Below are positions 31,916 to 46,539 of a DNA stretch of 64,000 nucleotides, in pieces. The position numbers were made by a program, and so were the translations under genes. The first letter of the stretch is position 1; every line of letters begins with the position of its first letter. Source of the stretch: the human T2T-CHM13v2.0 reference genome, Homo sapiens; NCBI RefSeq assembly GCF_009914755.1, contig NC_060940.1; one strand, 5' to 3'. Below the pieces are notes generated by a model. It was not told the origin of the DNA and did not search any database. It was given only the letters and a program-made list of their open reading frames with translations.

Positions 31916-32337
31916 TCACAGATACTAAATGCTGCAAAGACCTCAGCCTCTCCGTCTATATTACATGACAGGAGTCATACATGTAGTGACTCGTTTCCCA
32001 CAGTATTACTACCAAATTAGCAATAGCTGTAATGCCACCCTCTCTTCTCTTACAAAAGCATACAGGAATAGCCACAGAGAACAATATTATTAAAGAGACA
32101 GCATTAATTCTCTCTCTTTTTTCAAGGCCTTTGAAAATTTCAGTTCCTAATTATTAGCCATTTTGCAAGACACCTCCCAAACCAGTCATGACCAACAGAA
32201 ACTTCCAAGTAAACAAGTTCACATAATTCAATCATCTTAACATCCCACCCACAGTCTTTATCTGTACCATTCATTTGATCATGGAATCATATACTTCGTT
32301 GCATTTTTGTTTCTGTGTCTTTCTTAGATAACTATTT

Positions 32338-32725
32338 CAAGGATTGTAAATACAGATGCCTGCTAATGCAAGGCAGGTAATATAATGAGTGAGCCAGACT
32401 GGAGTAAGACAACAGGGTGTGGTAGGGACTGTGGTGAACTAGACAGTATATTTCACAGCACATAAAAGTGGCCACTACTCAGGTCCAGCTGGTCGTTGCC
32501 ATGAGAGAATTCAGAATGAGTGTTTCTTCATCATCTGATATTTTTTAAGACTAGCCTTACTCTTGATTTTCTTGGGACTCTTGAAACATCCCAAATTCTA
32601 AATATCGGCAACAAAAAAAATACAGTTTTTATTTTATATATTTACTTATTTTTGGTCAGAGACTAAACACACCAAAGAAAATACATCTGCAGAGCACATC
32701 CACCATTTTGCAGCCTTTGGTCTCT
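32338..32725. mobile_element. MER102-like hAT MITE
   Basis: ggtagggactgtggtgaactagacag...gttgccatgagagaat...ttttgcagcctttg. Confidence 0.6.
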
Positions 32726-33649
32726 GTGCCTTGCTCTTCATCAAGAGTATACACTTCTGAAAATGTAGGGGAACTAGATATTTTTCTGCAAAACCTAAAG
32801 CACTTTTCACAGGGTGGAACTTAAGGCAAGCAGTCAATAAAAAAGAGAAATAAAGTAAGTCTTGCTGACAAATGTTAGAAACACAACAAATGCTGCAACA
32901 GCAATTGCACAGGGCATTGCATCAATTTGGATTAGTTTTCAAGGATGTCAAATGACTTCGCCAAAATCATTTGACTTAACCAAAGTTTGTGGTTCTGAAG
33001 AGGCTGACTTTCTAAGCCTTGTGAGTTCACTTAAATAAAGGTCACCCAAACAGTAACTGCGATGCAGGGTCCTACTGCCTGGGGAATGTAGCAGGACTGG
33101 AGGCTCTGATTAAAAACTCTCACCCCATAAAATCTTCTCATGGCACGCACCACATTTTTCCCTCAGTCTTGTCTCATTTTCTAAAAAGGGTCCCAAATCT
33201 GCACATAGTACATAATCTCCACATACTCATACAAATGATATTTAATATGATTTTAGCAACTCTGAAGCTATTCTGCTACTGAGTTTCTCAATACCAGAAT
33301 AAAGAACTGATTTTATGTGTCAAAAACACGTTTAAGGAGATAAGTGTCTTCAGCCAAGCACAGATAAGGCAGCCCAACATGATCTTGGTCTTTGAGTCCA
33401 CCTTTGAAAAGATCTAGCTGACGATTTGTTTAAGCAGTAAAGATTTTGAATGTACAGTGACCAAACATTATTTGAGAATCATGTCAATAGAAATGGCACA
33501 TCAAATCAATATTTAACTGATTAATTCACTTTACGAGTCAGTGACTGGGAGGAACAGAGACTGATATGAACTGAAGTCAGAAACCAAACTTGTGCCAACT
33601 GGCTGCTCCATGTCCAACTCCAGCTTTAGAACTAAAATTGGCACAACTA

Positions 33650-34435
33650 TTTTTTTGTGTGTGTTTTGTGGTGTGTTTTTTTTTTTTTTTTATTTGGAGG
33701 GCACAAAGGCATTTTTGCTACATGCATGTATTGCTTAGTGGTGAATGAAGTCTGGGCTTTTAGTGTACCCATTACCCAAATAGTGAATATATTGTACCCA
33801 GTATGTGATATCTTCAGTCCTCACTTCCTTCCCACTCTCCTGTTTTGGAGTCTCCATGTCTATTTTTCCATCTGTATGTCCACGTGTAACCATTGTTTAA
33901 GCTCCCACTTATGAGAACATGGGAGTGAGAATCTGATGTTCTATTATTTCACTTAGGATAATGGCCTCAAGTTTTACCAGTGTTGCTGCAAAATACATGA
34001 TTTCATGCTTTTTTATAACTGGGTAGTATTCCATGGTGTACATATCACATTTTCTTTATCCAATCATCCATTGATGGACATTTAAGTTGATTCTGTATCT
34101 TTGCTATTGTGAATAGTGCTGCAATCAACATACAAGTGTGGATATCTTTCTCGTATAATTTCTTTCCCTTTGGGTAGATACCCAGTAGTGGGAATGCTGG
34201 ATCAAATGGTAGTTCTATTTTTTAGTTCTTTGAGAAATCTCCATACTGTTTTCCATAAAGGCTGTATTAATTTACATTCCTACCAGCAGTGTAAAAATGT
34301 TCATTTTTCTCCACGTGTTGTTTTCTGACTTTTTAACAGTAGCCATTCTGACTGATGAAAGATATCTCCTTGTGATTTTAATTTGCATTTCTCAGATGAT
34401 TAATGATATCGAGCATTTTTTCATATGTTTGTGGA
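33650..34435 (-). mobile_element. L1PB-like 3' end
   Basis: T-tail followed by gaagtctgggcttttagtgtacccattacccaaatagtg...ttgagaaatctccatactgttttccata. Confidence 0.88.
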
Positions 34436-34735
34436 CAACCCTGTAGTGTGTTTGAGAGTGGCTAGGGGAGTGGCAACAAGACCTCTGGCTGAGAGAAAAC
34501 CATCCACCCTCCTCCTCCCCTGTTCCAATTCACCACTCACTGATCTGCTGAACAAGAGGACCCTCCTGCTTCTGCATCTTGCATTTCATGAAGTGCTCTG
34601 TCTCTCTGGTTTCCATATCCAGAAGAGATGAGCAAACTGACTAAAAGAAATTAGGGGGTTGGGGGTGGAACTGGTGAAAGCTCCTGGTGAAAGCTCCAGT
34701 CTTACCTAATGGGAAATGTTATTAAGAAGTCTATG

Positions 34736-35005
34736 GAGCCGGGCGCAGTGGCTCACACCTGTAATCCCAGCACTTTGGGAGGCCAAGGTGAGCAGATCAC
34801 TTGAGGTCCAGAGTTCCAGACCAGCATGGCCAACATGGTGAAACCCTGTCTCTACTAAAAATGCAAAAATTAGGTGGGCATGGTGGCTGGCGCCTGTAAT
34901 CCCAGCTACCTGGGAGGCAGAGGTTGCAGTGAGCCAAGATCGTGCCACTGCACTCCAACCTGGGCAACAGAGCAAGACTCCATCTCAAAAAAAAAAAAAA
35001 AAAAA
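34736..35005 (+). mobile_element. AluS with a ~30-bp right-arm deletion
   Basis: cccagctacctgggaggcagagg joins the two gggaggc repeats; degenerate TSD aagtctatg/aagtccacg. Confidence 0.9.
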
Positions 35006-36288
35006 AGTCCACGAGTAAGGAAGGAGAAAAGACAGTGAGCATGTCCCAAGGAGAGGGTAAAGGAGTGCATTCTTAGCCTATGACAGCAGCAGAGATGAGA
35101 TAATTCCCCTGATTGACTTTTTTCTTACTTAATGCTTATATTATATATTATACTCTGCCCTTTATTTGCTGTATTATCGGATTATCAAAACAACATGAGG
35201 ACTACTATATATTTTTTACTGATGAGAAATTGTCTCAGAGAAGATAATAAATGGCCATAATGGAATTGTTGGGTTGAAAGAGTCTTCAGATACCATCAAT
35301 CTTATTCTACTGTATAAATGTGGAAACTGATGCCCCAGAGAGAATAAAAGGCCTGCTGAAATCCAATGGGTAATTATTGGCAGACCAGACTAGAATTCAG
35401 GCTTTCTAACCTGTGGCACCCTATTCTTGCTAAGTGGCTATGAAGTAAAAGCTGCCCAAACAAGCTTTTCTTACTTGTCCTGGTGCCAAAACTATTCAGG
35501 ACTGTGTTTTACAAGTTGGTCTTTCTATCATCTCAACTCTAACAGAAAGAGGGGACAGACGGCATCTAAAGAAGGGTTGTCAATAGTTGTTTAAGGTCTT
35601 ATAAATCTGAAGTAAGTTATGACATAAAAGGCAATGTAAATCAACCAAATCATGCCTTAAATAATAAGAACTTTCAAGAACTCCCTCCCCACCTTGTTCA
35701 ATTTCATCCCTCTAATGCTCACAAAATTCTGCTAAGTATGGATACCCAGCAGACCAAGATTAATGAATAGACCGGATTACTTATAATTGACCTATTCATT
35801 GCTCCTATGCAGATGGTTCTACGAAGTATGTGAAAACAATTTGTTCTCTTAAATAGGTTATATATTCCCTACCCTCAATCTTGTTTACACTATTAATTTG
35901 CTTAGCAAACCCTTTTTTCCATATCTAGTACAAAGGTAAACTTCAGCCCAGCCAGAGGGTCTGAATTATTCCTACATTCCAAATTAGCAGGGTCCAGATT
36001 AATGAGGTTTAACTCTACTTTTTATCCTCAACTACCTTCCCTTGAGGCATAGATCTCTTGCTTTCCTCTCTCTCCTTCCCTATTATCATAAGCTATGTCC
36101 TCCAAGTGATACTTCCGTAAGGGGGCACCTGGTTACAGTCTCACCAGGGCTGTTCTGAAGGCACAATGCAAAGAAAGACAAGTGGCTGTGGGGCTGCAGG
36201 TTTCCTGTTACCTCATTCTTGGTTCAAATTCTTTCCAGTAAGTAGCTGTTGGATGGTGACAACTGGCTTCATTTTCTTTTACATATAA

Positions 36289-36594
<306 letters not shown>

Positions 36595-36853
36595 TACATA
36601 TAATATTCTTTAAAGAACTTGAGCACCATGACACCATTAGCTGGGGAGGACTTCAAGGGACACCTTGTGGGCCATGAATTTAGTGAAAATTAGAACTCCA
36701 GCTCCAGGAGACAGTACACAGGCCTGTCTGGTTTATGATCAAACTGTGATCTTTGGTGCTAGATAGAGATATACATTGTAAATGTTATTTTTCATGCATG
36801 ATTCATGAACAACACCACCTTCCTTCCAAAAATAAAATAACTGCAGGAAAGGC

Positions 36854-36867
36854 TCTGTCTCTCTCTC

Positions 36868-36911
<44 letters not shown>

Positions 36912-36919
36912 CTTCTCTG
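36854..36919. repeat. (CT)n microsatellite
   Basis: read directly. Confidence 0.9.
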
Positions 36920-37149
36920 CCAACGTCATCTTTATGATGTGAAAATATCCATTTGGAGATTGGTGCAATCTGTGAAAACTAAAAGCAAAGAAATTATGTG
37001 TGTTTATCCAAGGTAAGTATGTAAGCACCAGGAACATAAGAACATGGACATGGTTGAGGATTAGCTGAAAGCCAGTTGCCGTATGCATGCTCATTTCCTC
37101 TTTTACTGCTTAATTCCCCCGTGATGCCATCTGATCAGTCCTCGAATGT

Positions 37150-37385
37150 CCCCTGTGTCTTTGCCTTAACAATCGAGTCTGGTAGGCCATTCCACACATT
37201 TGTGATTCTCTGCATGAAAAAAAATGCTTCCTGACATCTGTTCTGAATTTGTTTCTCTTTAATTTCCATTTATGCTCCCTTATCCTAACATCTGTGTCAT
37301 TCTGAAAACAGTAACTCAGACTGACGTTATCTGTGCCATTTACAATTTTATATTCCCCAGCTAGAAGTTCCTCTTAACCATGTAG
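37150..37385 (-). mobile_element. CR1/L3 LINE 3' fragment
   Basis: ggtaggccattccac...aaatgcttcctgacatctgttctgaatttg...aatttccatttatgctccctt typical of antisense CR1. Confidence 0.6.
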
Positions 37386-38159
37386 TGGATGTGGAATTCT
37401 GGTTGATGTTCAATCCAGCGAGTGGGGCTCAGCTGTGATTTCAGAGGGTTCAGCAGATGTGTCAGCCCTCAATCCTTTCTCAATATCTTTTTCAAAAGAG
37501 AAGCCAAGGGGGTCAAACCTGGCTAAACACAGTCTTTCGGCTGGGAACCTTTCTACTGAGGCCTCTTCCTGGCCCTTCAATACAGAGGTGTACTTCACTC
37601 TCAGTATCTTGAGGCTTACTCACTGCCTTTTTAATAGTCACTTTCCAGCAAGATCCTGGGATGTTTCATGCCCTCAAGGAATATTTGATGAATGAATGGA
37701 TGAACAAAAGAAGGTAGGTAGGTGGGAGAAAGAATTGAAGGAGGGAAGGTTGGTTGTTTCTTAGAAAACAAATCAAGACAGAATCTAAAACTCAAAACTG
37801 ATTCTAAATTAATCATGTCCTTCTGAAATTCACATGCTTGTTATACTAGTTATTTGGATGATTAGAATTTCTCAGCTATCCTATAGTCCCCCTCTTCAGG
37901 TAAACCTCTCTCTAATGGGCTTGTCAAATTTATCCTGTGCCCAAGTCATTCTGTCATTCATATACATTCTAATCATTGCTATAGAAGGCCACTTTCGAGA
38001 CAATGCCACATTTTTGGGCTTGTGGTTTCCATTTCTGCACCCCTGGTTTTCATTTCTTCCTCTAAGCTTAAAAGTGCACACATTTGAAATGTGTGCTGAG
38101 ATTCAAGTGCTCCCCTTCAAGAGTTAAAGGGCCTTCAATTTTAGAAAACTAATACCGTG

Positions 38160-39425
38160 TTTCAATCAAGAAATGTTAGTTTGTTGCACGACTATTATGT
38201 GCCAGGCAGACTCTGTGCTACGTGCTTAGAATACAATGAGGAAAAACAGACACGGTCTCTGCCCTGATGGGATCAGTCTAGCAGATGAGGCAGAAGAAAA
38301 GCATAAAGAGCAAAGCAAAACAAATTATAACCTCTAATTGCGCATTGTGGTCAATGCTATGAAGGAGAGGAACAGGGGAGATCTGAGAGAGAATGAGAGA
38401 CAGCTGTTTTTAGATTGAGTGGCCAAGGAGCAAGCACAAAATATAATCTCACAATAAATATGTAGCAAAAGTATCCATGGGCATCATGAGCAATGAGTTG
38501 CTCAAATGCAAAAGCCATGTGTCCATGGAGGAGAGATAGCGCAGAGAAGTTATTAGGCAACCTTAAACATCATGGCAGAGATAGATGCACCTGTACCAGT
38601 GTTCAAGGGAATGGAGAAGCAAGCTGAGATTCTGAAATTAAATCCTTTCTAAAACATTGCTAGCAAAGTTCAAAAAATAAAGATCTTGGAGAAGACTGGA
38701 GATGTCAGGAAAGGCTTTGAGAAAGAGAAGAAGAAATTTAGGTAAGGCTGAGAAGGATAAGAAGATGAAAAAGGTCCTGTCTCTCTTCTGGTCCAAGACA
38801 CCACCATCTCTAGCTATGACCACAGCTCCAGCCTGCTACCTGCTATCCTATGCGAAGCCAGAATGAAGCTCCTACAATATAAATCTGGCAATGTCACCTC
38901 AATGCTTAAACTCTTCCGTGACCCCTACTGTCCTCAGGATGAAAGCTGAACTCCTTCATATAGTTCACAGAGACCCTCAGAATCTGGCCTCTGCACACTT
39001 ATCCAGCCACATCTCTTGAAAGTCCCCACAACCCCCCTCTCCACACTAGATTATGTCCACTTACACCAGCTTCCTTCAGTTCCATGAACATATGATATGC
39101 TATTTGAAGATGCTGTTGCTTCTACCTGGGTTACTCTTTAGCCTTCTACTTGACTACCTACCTCCTGCTCCTCCTTCAGAGGCAAGTGATGAGATTACTG
39201 CTCTGGGAAGCATTCTCTGAGCCTCTGCCCAGGTTTGGATTGAGGTCCTTTGCATGTGTTCTAACAGCCATAGTTCCCTCATCATGCTTCATTATAACTG
39301 CCTGTAACAGATCTTAAGCTCTGTGAAGTCAAAGCCCACGTGCAGCTTGTCCACACCAGCTCCCAAGAACTAGCACAGGTCTACTTAGAAACAAATAAAG
39401 AGTGAGTGCCAATTAAATTGTTGAA
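38160..39425. mobile_element. L2 fragments (minus about 38160-38600, plus about 38800-39425)
   Basis: actattatgtgccaggcagactctgtgc...; atgtcacctcaatgcttaaactcttc...tactgctctgggaagcattctctg. Confidence 0.7.
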
Positions 39426-41699
39426 TTACATTGCTGAACTGAAAGTATCTCTGGCCAGTGGAACTAGATCTTCCCCAGAAAGATGATATTGGCATCCCAT
39501 TGGCTGATCACAAGCTTTATCATTGAAATCATCTCCATTTGGAGATAAGTCAGCCTCCCAGATGTAAAGATGGCCCAAACTAAAGAGCCTCCAAGAGATG
39601 AAGCCCAGAGTTCTATTCACATCCAGGAAGAAGTTTAAAGAAGGCAAGAAAATGGAGAAAGCAGGAAGGGGTCTTTAAGCACTTCCCCCAGTAATGCCAG
39701 CCTTCACATCAGAATGTCCGAGAAGAGCACAGCTGCCTTCCTTCCCCTCCCCCCAAGTTATGATGAACTCCCTGGGTCAGGATTCCATTTCTCTCTCTTG
39801 GAATTATTTATGGGGCACTGGGCTTAAATAAAGAATCCCCTCTTTTGGAGGAAACCATTGCATGTTCCCTCAAATTTTTTTTAAACATTTGGTGTATGGA
39901 TCCTGTTTTTAACTAAGCTCCAGTCTGCAAGTAATAGGTGGGTTTTCTTTCATGGTTATATCATCCTAAAGCTTATTCAGATGTGATAACGTTTTGCTGC
40001 TGTATCTTGGCAACATGATTTATTCTGCAAATGCTCAGTGTTACCGTCTCACAAAGCTGTACCATCTGGGTTGAATTAATAGGCTACCCAGAGAAATAAA
40101 TGAGAATGGTCTCACATAATTAACATGTAGGTAAAGTATATTTAACAGATTATTATAATTAATATGTCAGTTACTGATTTCATGCTAAATAGAATTGTGA
40201 ACACAAGATATTAAGATTAGTTACCCTTTCTGTGTGTGCCTCAAACAAAATGCAATGGGGAAAAAATGAGGGCATGGAGTTCAGTATCAATAAAATTGAC
40301 CTTAACATTAAGAACATCAGATACCAAAACTCTAAGCAAACAGTGACAATGTCAGACATTATAAGCTGGGAGCAGCAAATTACTGGTTTCATAAATTTAG
40401 GGTTTATACCAGAGATGTCCAGAATATCCCAGATGTGACCTGCAAAGGCAGAAGAATGTGCTTAATTTATACACAGCTGAAGGCGCCTATCTAAAGGAAG
40501 GGGGTGGTGGGGTGGGGGGAAGGGAGTGGAGGAATAAAGACAAAGAAAGAAACCAGATTTGCTCCTAATGCCAGCCTGAGTTCCCTGCTGCTCTCCACTG
40601 TATGCAAAATGCCAGTTTGAGTGAGAAAAACCACAAAGGAGACCTAGAGGCAATGGAAATTTAGGGGGCAAAGGCATCCAGGCTGAATCCTCAAGGGGAG
40701 TAGAGAGAGGGGGTTTGTGTTGTCAACTGGCATGGGCAAAGGACAAGGCAGTCGGGGTTGGGGAGACAAGAGAAGATGCTTCCCTGTCCTTTAACAGGTC
40801 TTTTGAGTCAAATTCGTCTATCAAGATTATTAAGTTTTTGTTTCTTTCAAAGCTTCTGGGAAAAGGAGAGATTCATCTTGGCAGAGATTCTCATGGGGAT
40901 ACTGAACCTAACTGTTAACTCACCCAGCCACACAAGCCACTCTTTTTAATCCAGGTTTTTCCAGCTTTCCTATGATAAGTGTGTATATGTTTCACTCCAC
41001 AGTGATCCAGCAATAAAATTTTTTACATGTGTGTTTGTGTATGCGTACATTTGTGTGTAATTAAAGCAAAAATAGGAATTTGTTTTCATCTCTCTGGGGT
41101 TCCCTAGTCAGGGAAGTATTTTTCTGGACAGTCCTGTGTTCCCTGCTCTCCACCACCACCCAGTGATCAGAAACTCTTTGGGAATTTGCTTATTTCCTCA
41201 CTGACTTTGAGTCTCTAGGCTTGGATTTACATTATAATTCTGGTTACACAGGCTTGTCCATGTTGTCAGTTTCTCCAGGGGAAAATAGCAGAGGCTTCAT
41301 TGGCCTCCACAGTGAGCCACATTTCTGGGGAAGCTTCTCTAGGGGATGTGCCTGGTCTCCCATCTCCACCCAGCAGAGAGCAGTGAGGAGCCTCTCACCC
41401 AGTGTGTCTGCTTCCAGGGCTCCCTAATTGATGAACAAATGGATTCATGAATTCTCCAAGCTGAGCCTTCGTTAGGGAGTCCCTGAGGACAGAGTTCATC
41501 ATGTCTCCAAAACAATCAGGCCATTCGAAAAATGGCAGATAGAGTCAGAAAGAATATATCTCCCAAGAACATATCAAGTTCAGCCTTGAGGAACAGGATG
41601 AAAAGAAGCTTCTCTATTGCTCTTTTTCTCAATAGTACAAAGAAGGAGGCAAATACTGTCTTATCCCAGAGGATGAGGGTGGTTATCAGAAAGAGGAGC

Positions 41700-42170
41700 C
41701 ATCAGGTTAGCTCAAGAAAAAATGGGGATTTGTTGGAATGGTTGGAAGGCTCAGGGAATCCAAGAATAAGAAGTGCTCTGGATCTCTGGAGATAATTCTG
41801 ACATAAAGGGAGATACTCGCTCCAGCTCTGTTTCTTTCAGAAGCTTCATGGTTTGCTTCCCTGCTTCTTTCCTTTTACCAGTTTAATTCTCGCTTTCTCT
41901 GCAGTGTGGTCCTCTCTGCTCCATCTCACCATGGGTTCCACCTTTGTAATGCTTTCCAATTAGGCTGCCCTAAAAAACCTGTCCTGGGTCATGACGTTAC
42001 AAAATCAGCACCCCAAGAGAGGATCTGATTGACTGAGCCTGAATCAGGGCTTCAGTCCTGGTCCAATCAGCTGTGCTGGGAGTAAAGTGGTCACATAGTT
42101 CACTCAGCCGGGGTGGAGGAAACAACGCTACAGGAGGGAGGAGAAGGAGATGGAGGCAAAATGATTAACA
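41700..42170 (-). mobile_element. Old MLT1-like LTR fragment
   Basis: gaggatctgattgactgagcctgaatcagg...cctggtccaatcagctgtg. Confidence 0.5.
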
Positions 42171-43261
42171 GCATTTGATTTATTTTTTTATCCCAGTGTC
42201 CTGCCAACTCTCTGCTGCAGTTTTTAAGGAAGTTTTGTCGTCACCCAGCTTGGGTTGATTCGTTCTGGCTTCTAAAATACCTTTTCAAATCTACTTTTCA
42301 TTTAAAGTGTTTCCCAGACATAAAACCAGACTTGTACAGGAGAAGAGAATATACCTAACTGGCATGTTTTAGAGTCACCACGAGAGAAGGGTCGCCGTAT
42401 GTGTTTTTGGTGACCTCTGGTATCTCTAACTCTGGCCACAGTGCTTGGCTCATAGTAAAGGCTCAAAAAATAGTTGTTAAAGGAATGAACCAATTAATGA
42501 GATTTTGTCAAAGGCTGTAAGCCTTCAGCCTCTCCATTTCAGGCAACCATTCTTCTGGATCCCATGTACTCTTAACAGACAGTGGTTTCAGACTTTGGCT
42601 GTGGGTATCGCTGAGGATACAACCAGTCACTGCTTGTTGGGCAGTGGCTCCCAAGCCCCAGCTGATGTCTGCAGGTAGCCAGCATGTGTTCAGAGGGCAG
42701 ATGTGCACGGCTTGGGAAGCTGGCTCCAAATCTGCCACAATAAACCTAAGCCCTGGACCGCTCAAGGGAAGACGGGACTCAGAGGAGCTCTTGAATATAA
42801 AGGAGGCTCCAGCGGGAGTGTGACAACCAGTACAACCAAGAAGGCACGTTGTCTCCGTGCCCAAATGATCCTAAGCACAGGAAAAACAGACAAACTTAAC
42901 AAGCTCTAGGATATTTCACTGGAATCCCTTTAATGGTGCTAAAAATGGTCTTTCATGCATTTACTTTAAAATAGAGAAGTGTGCTAGCCCCTGCAATTCT
43001 ACTTCTAGAGATCTGTTTTATAGAAATATTTAGCCTTGTGGCAAAGATATATACACAAGTGTATTCACTGCAGCAGAATTTAAAATAATAGTTTTTTTTT
43101 AAATGGAGGCAACTGAAATGTCCATCAGTCAGGGAATGACAATACTAAATACATATGCTCATATTTGTGGATTAAATGTAGTTATCAAAAGCGCAATAGT
43201 AGATCTATATGTACCCTGACATGGAAAGATGCCAAAATATGATTCTATTTTTGTTTTAAAA

Positions 43262-43354
43262 TAAACTGTATAAGCAATGTGACTATAGTTAGCAATACTG
43301 TATTGTATACTTGAGATTTACTGAGAGTAGATCTTAAGTGTTGTCACAAGGAAA

Positions 43355-43407
<53 letters not shown>

Positions 43408-43438
43408 AGGAGAAAGAAAGAGAAAGAAAGAAAGAAAG

Positions 43439-43489
<51 letters not shown>

Positions 43490-43745
43490 AAAAGAAAGAA
43501 AGGGAAAGACAGAAAAAGAAAGAAAAAGGAAAGAAAGAAAGAAAGAAAAAATTGAAGAGAAGAGAAAGGAAGGAAGGAATGAAGGAAGGAAGGAAATGGT
43601 AATTATGTGAAGTACTGGATATGTTAATTAATTTTATTATGGTGATTATTTTACAATGTATATGTATATCAAAACATCAAGTTACACACTTTCAGTATAT
43701 ACAATTTTTACTTGTCAATAATACCTCAATAAAACTGGAAAAAGT
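43262..43745 (+). mobile_element. L1MA/MB 3' end nested in older L1ME sequence (about 42930-43930)
   Basis: gtgactatagttagcaatactgtattgtatacttg...gagagtagatcttaagtg...tacctcaataaaactgg. Confidence 0.8.
43349..43596. repeat. Compound (GAAA)n/(GGAA)n polypurine tract
   Basis: about 245 bp almost entirely A/G. Confidence 0.95.
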
Positions 43746-44934
43746 AAAAGAAACTCTTTACACATGTTGTAAGAAGACTGTATAAATCCATGGACACAGT
43801 TTGGCAGATTATACACCCAAGTTTAAAACTAATCCATAGCAGAAGCCACTGAGGGGAATTTTCATGCTGCTCCTACTCACTGCTCTCTATTTCTGTGTCA
43901 AGTTTTTATAAGCATGTTTTTCTTTTGTAATTTTCAAAAATTTGACAAAGTAAAGAAAATGAAAAAATAAAATAATAATTTACTAACCATGATTCCCATA
44001 TAAAGAACCTGAGTCTCAGATACTAATTTACTGTAAATCACTTGCCTGTTTTGAGATTGGCACAATCTAATCCCATGTGACTTACAAGAAGCAATGGGTT
44101 TACACTACATCGTGATGGATTTAAGTTAGATGTAAGGATCCAAATTATTATGGACTGGTAGTCACTGTGATCCATTAGTAATTTCTAAAGTCACTAAAGT
44201 GATTTAGAATGTGGTCTCTTGTGTCTTCTAGACTGAGATTTAAATTTTACTCACTTATAAGCTGGGTGACCTTGAGCAAGATACCTAACTTTTTCATCTT
44301 TTAAATTATTCATTTGTAAAGTTAGGATAATGATAACATCTACCCAATAGGGTCATTGTAAAAATATAGGTAAATACTACATGTTAAGTGTAGTGGCTGA
44401 GACCTGGTGAGTACTCAAAAATCTTAGCCAGCATATTTGTAGCATCCATGAGAGACCCTGTAAGATGTAAAAAGCAAGTCACCTGTCCAGGTTCCTACTG
44501 TATAACCTGGAATCCCCAAGGGGCCCATGGCTGGCTTTCTGCAATTCAGAGAATCACCTAAAATTACGTGGAAAACTTGGTGGGAAAAGGCATGTGTAAA
44601 TCTCTCTAGGGAGAAGAATACAGCCTCCTCACATCCTTAAAGGTACTCAGAAGGCCAAGGATCCCTGATGGGAGGCCACTTCTCTCTAGAAACACAGCCT
44701 CCAGCTGAAACTCACCAGCTGCCATACCCAGCTTTTCAGGGCCACTCTTTGTCTCTGCTGGGGATCCTATGGCCACACTATTTACCTAGAGCTGAGCCGG
44801 CCCTGGGCTGCCCTACCATCAATCTCACTAAGTTAGAATAAATCTAATCTAACAACAAGTTGATAAATCCATAAATACCTTTTGTCACAGAATTGACCAG
44901 TTGGCTGAATTCACCAGCTGGACCACTGAATTAA

Positions 44935-45540
44935 TCAGGACTATTTCAATTTCAGGTAACGGAAAGCCAGCTCATTCTCAATGGAAAAGAATAGAATCTA
45001 ATCATGCAAACAAGTCCAGGAGGGCTTCTAATTTCAAGCAGGGCTTTATTCAGGTGCTCCAACAATATCATCAGGAATCTGTCTCTGTCTCTCATCTCTG
45101 CTTTACTCTGAGTGGGCATCAATCTCAGGTGATCAGGTCACAGTGATGAATTTCGGCAGTGCTAAGCTAGCCACCCCAGCAAAAGAGGAGCTTCCCTTTC
45201 TCAGGAGTTCCAGCCAAGGGTCAAAATTCACACCATCATCCCACTTTGGACATTGCCTCACCTTGGAACCAATTTCGATGGCCAAGGAAGGAGGTGGATG
45301 GCTCTGATTGGTTAGCCCAGAGCCCAGCCTTAGGGGCTGGGGATGGAGTCCCCCACACAGAACCTCATGGATTAAGAGTGGTTGAAGGATGATGGTTACT
45401 CAGAGTAAATTAGGGTGCTGTTACCCAAAGAAAGGAGAATAGTAAATCAGGATGCTGTTACCCAAAGAAAGGAGAATAGTAAATCAGGGTGCTGTTACCC
45501 AAAGAAAGGAGAATAGGTGTTGAACTGGACGGCTGTCTGC
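44935..45540 (-). mobile_element. Old MLT1 (K-like) LTR
   Basis: gggctttattcaggtgctccaacaatatcatcagg...ggaaccaatttcgatggccaagg...gctctgattgg. Confidence 0.65.
45404..45516. repeat. 37-bp minisatellite x3
   Basis: agtaaat[t/c]agg[g/a]tgctgttacccaaagaaaggagaat at 45404, 45441 and 45478. Confidence 0.93.
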
Positions 45541-46539
45541 TAACCTGTTATTACTCTTCTCAAAGACACAACCTCTGCATTGTTTTAGCCAAAACACAAT
45601 AGCCAAGTCTTTTCTGATAAAAACAGTCCAGTCTGAACCTGATTCTGCAGACCCAAGCCACAAGTCCAGGCAGAAAACTTCCAAATCAAGGGATGGCCGC
45701 AGACTTCTCCAACAGATAAGCCGTGCAGACACGGCTTCTGCTACTTAACGTCCTCTAGGTAGCTCTCCACTGTGATTTGCAAGGCTCATATTAGCCTGTC
45801 AGAAGGGAAGGATTAACATGTATTTTGATTTCTGTTGAAAACACGTTGTTTCAGAAATAAAGTTGGCATGGCAGGCATCTTGGTTGATTTAATCTCTGAC
45901 ACAGGAAGTTTATTTATAGCATCACAGTCCTCTGAATGTTTAAAAACTCAAGCATTATAAGCCTGCTGTGCTTTTCCTGCGAAGTATGGAACGGCACTAA
46001 ATGAATAATGCCACCAGAGCCAGCAGCAGAGCCAGGATCCAGAATCAAACACCGCTTTCATCTGCTCCTGATAGGTGTGAACTCCCCTCTGCCGGGGCTT
46101 GGATCCCTCCTGCAGGATGGGTTTCCTGGGCTCCCAGTCTGCATCTTAGCTCTCCAACCCCCTTTCCCAATCTGCCCTCTTTCTCTTTTTGAACTCTCTT
46201 CTGGATGGCCAGAGAAGTTCTAAATCAGAAGAGCTTCCCTGCACGGCATCTTCCACCGAGATAACCCTTTCTCAGGACAGTCCTATTCCATTCAACATGT
46301 GTCAAGAATATTGTTGAGAAATGGTGTGAAAGCAGTCTAAGCCACCCTCCTCATTTTCCAGGTCAGATCGAGTCTCAAACAACACATTTTCCCCCAATAA
46401 CTAACTCTTACTAAAAATAGATATTGACGGTAAGGATGTGGGGTAATTTAGGCATTTAAGACTGCCTTCCTGTCGCGGAAAAATTGATTATACTCAAGTT
46501 GAAAAGGTAAGTTGCTCTGGGTGTATGTGAAAGAGCTAC

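Noticed and set aside
43338-43610. 90-aa K/E/R-rich ORF
   Set aside because: Translation of the (GAAA)n microsatellite.
46430-46530. Possible snRNA/7SK-derived 5' piece fused to the L1MA 3' end
   Set aside because: Similarity to 7SK or U11 is limited to a few bases and fits an L1-like ggatgtgg motif equally well.
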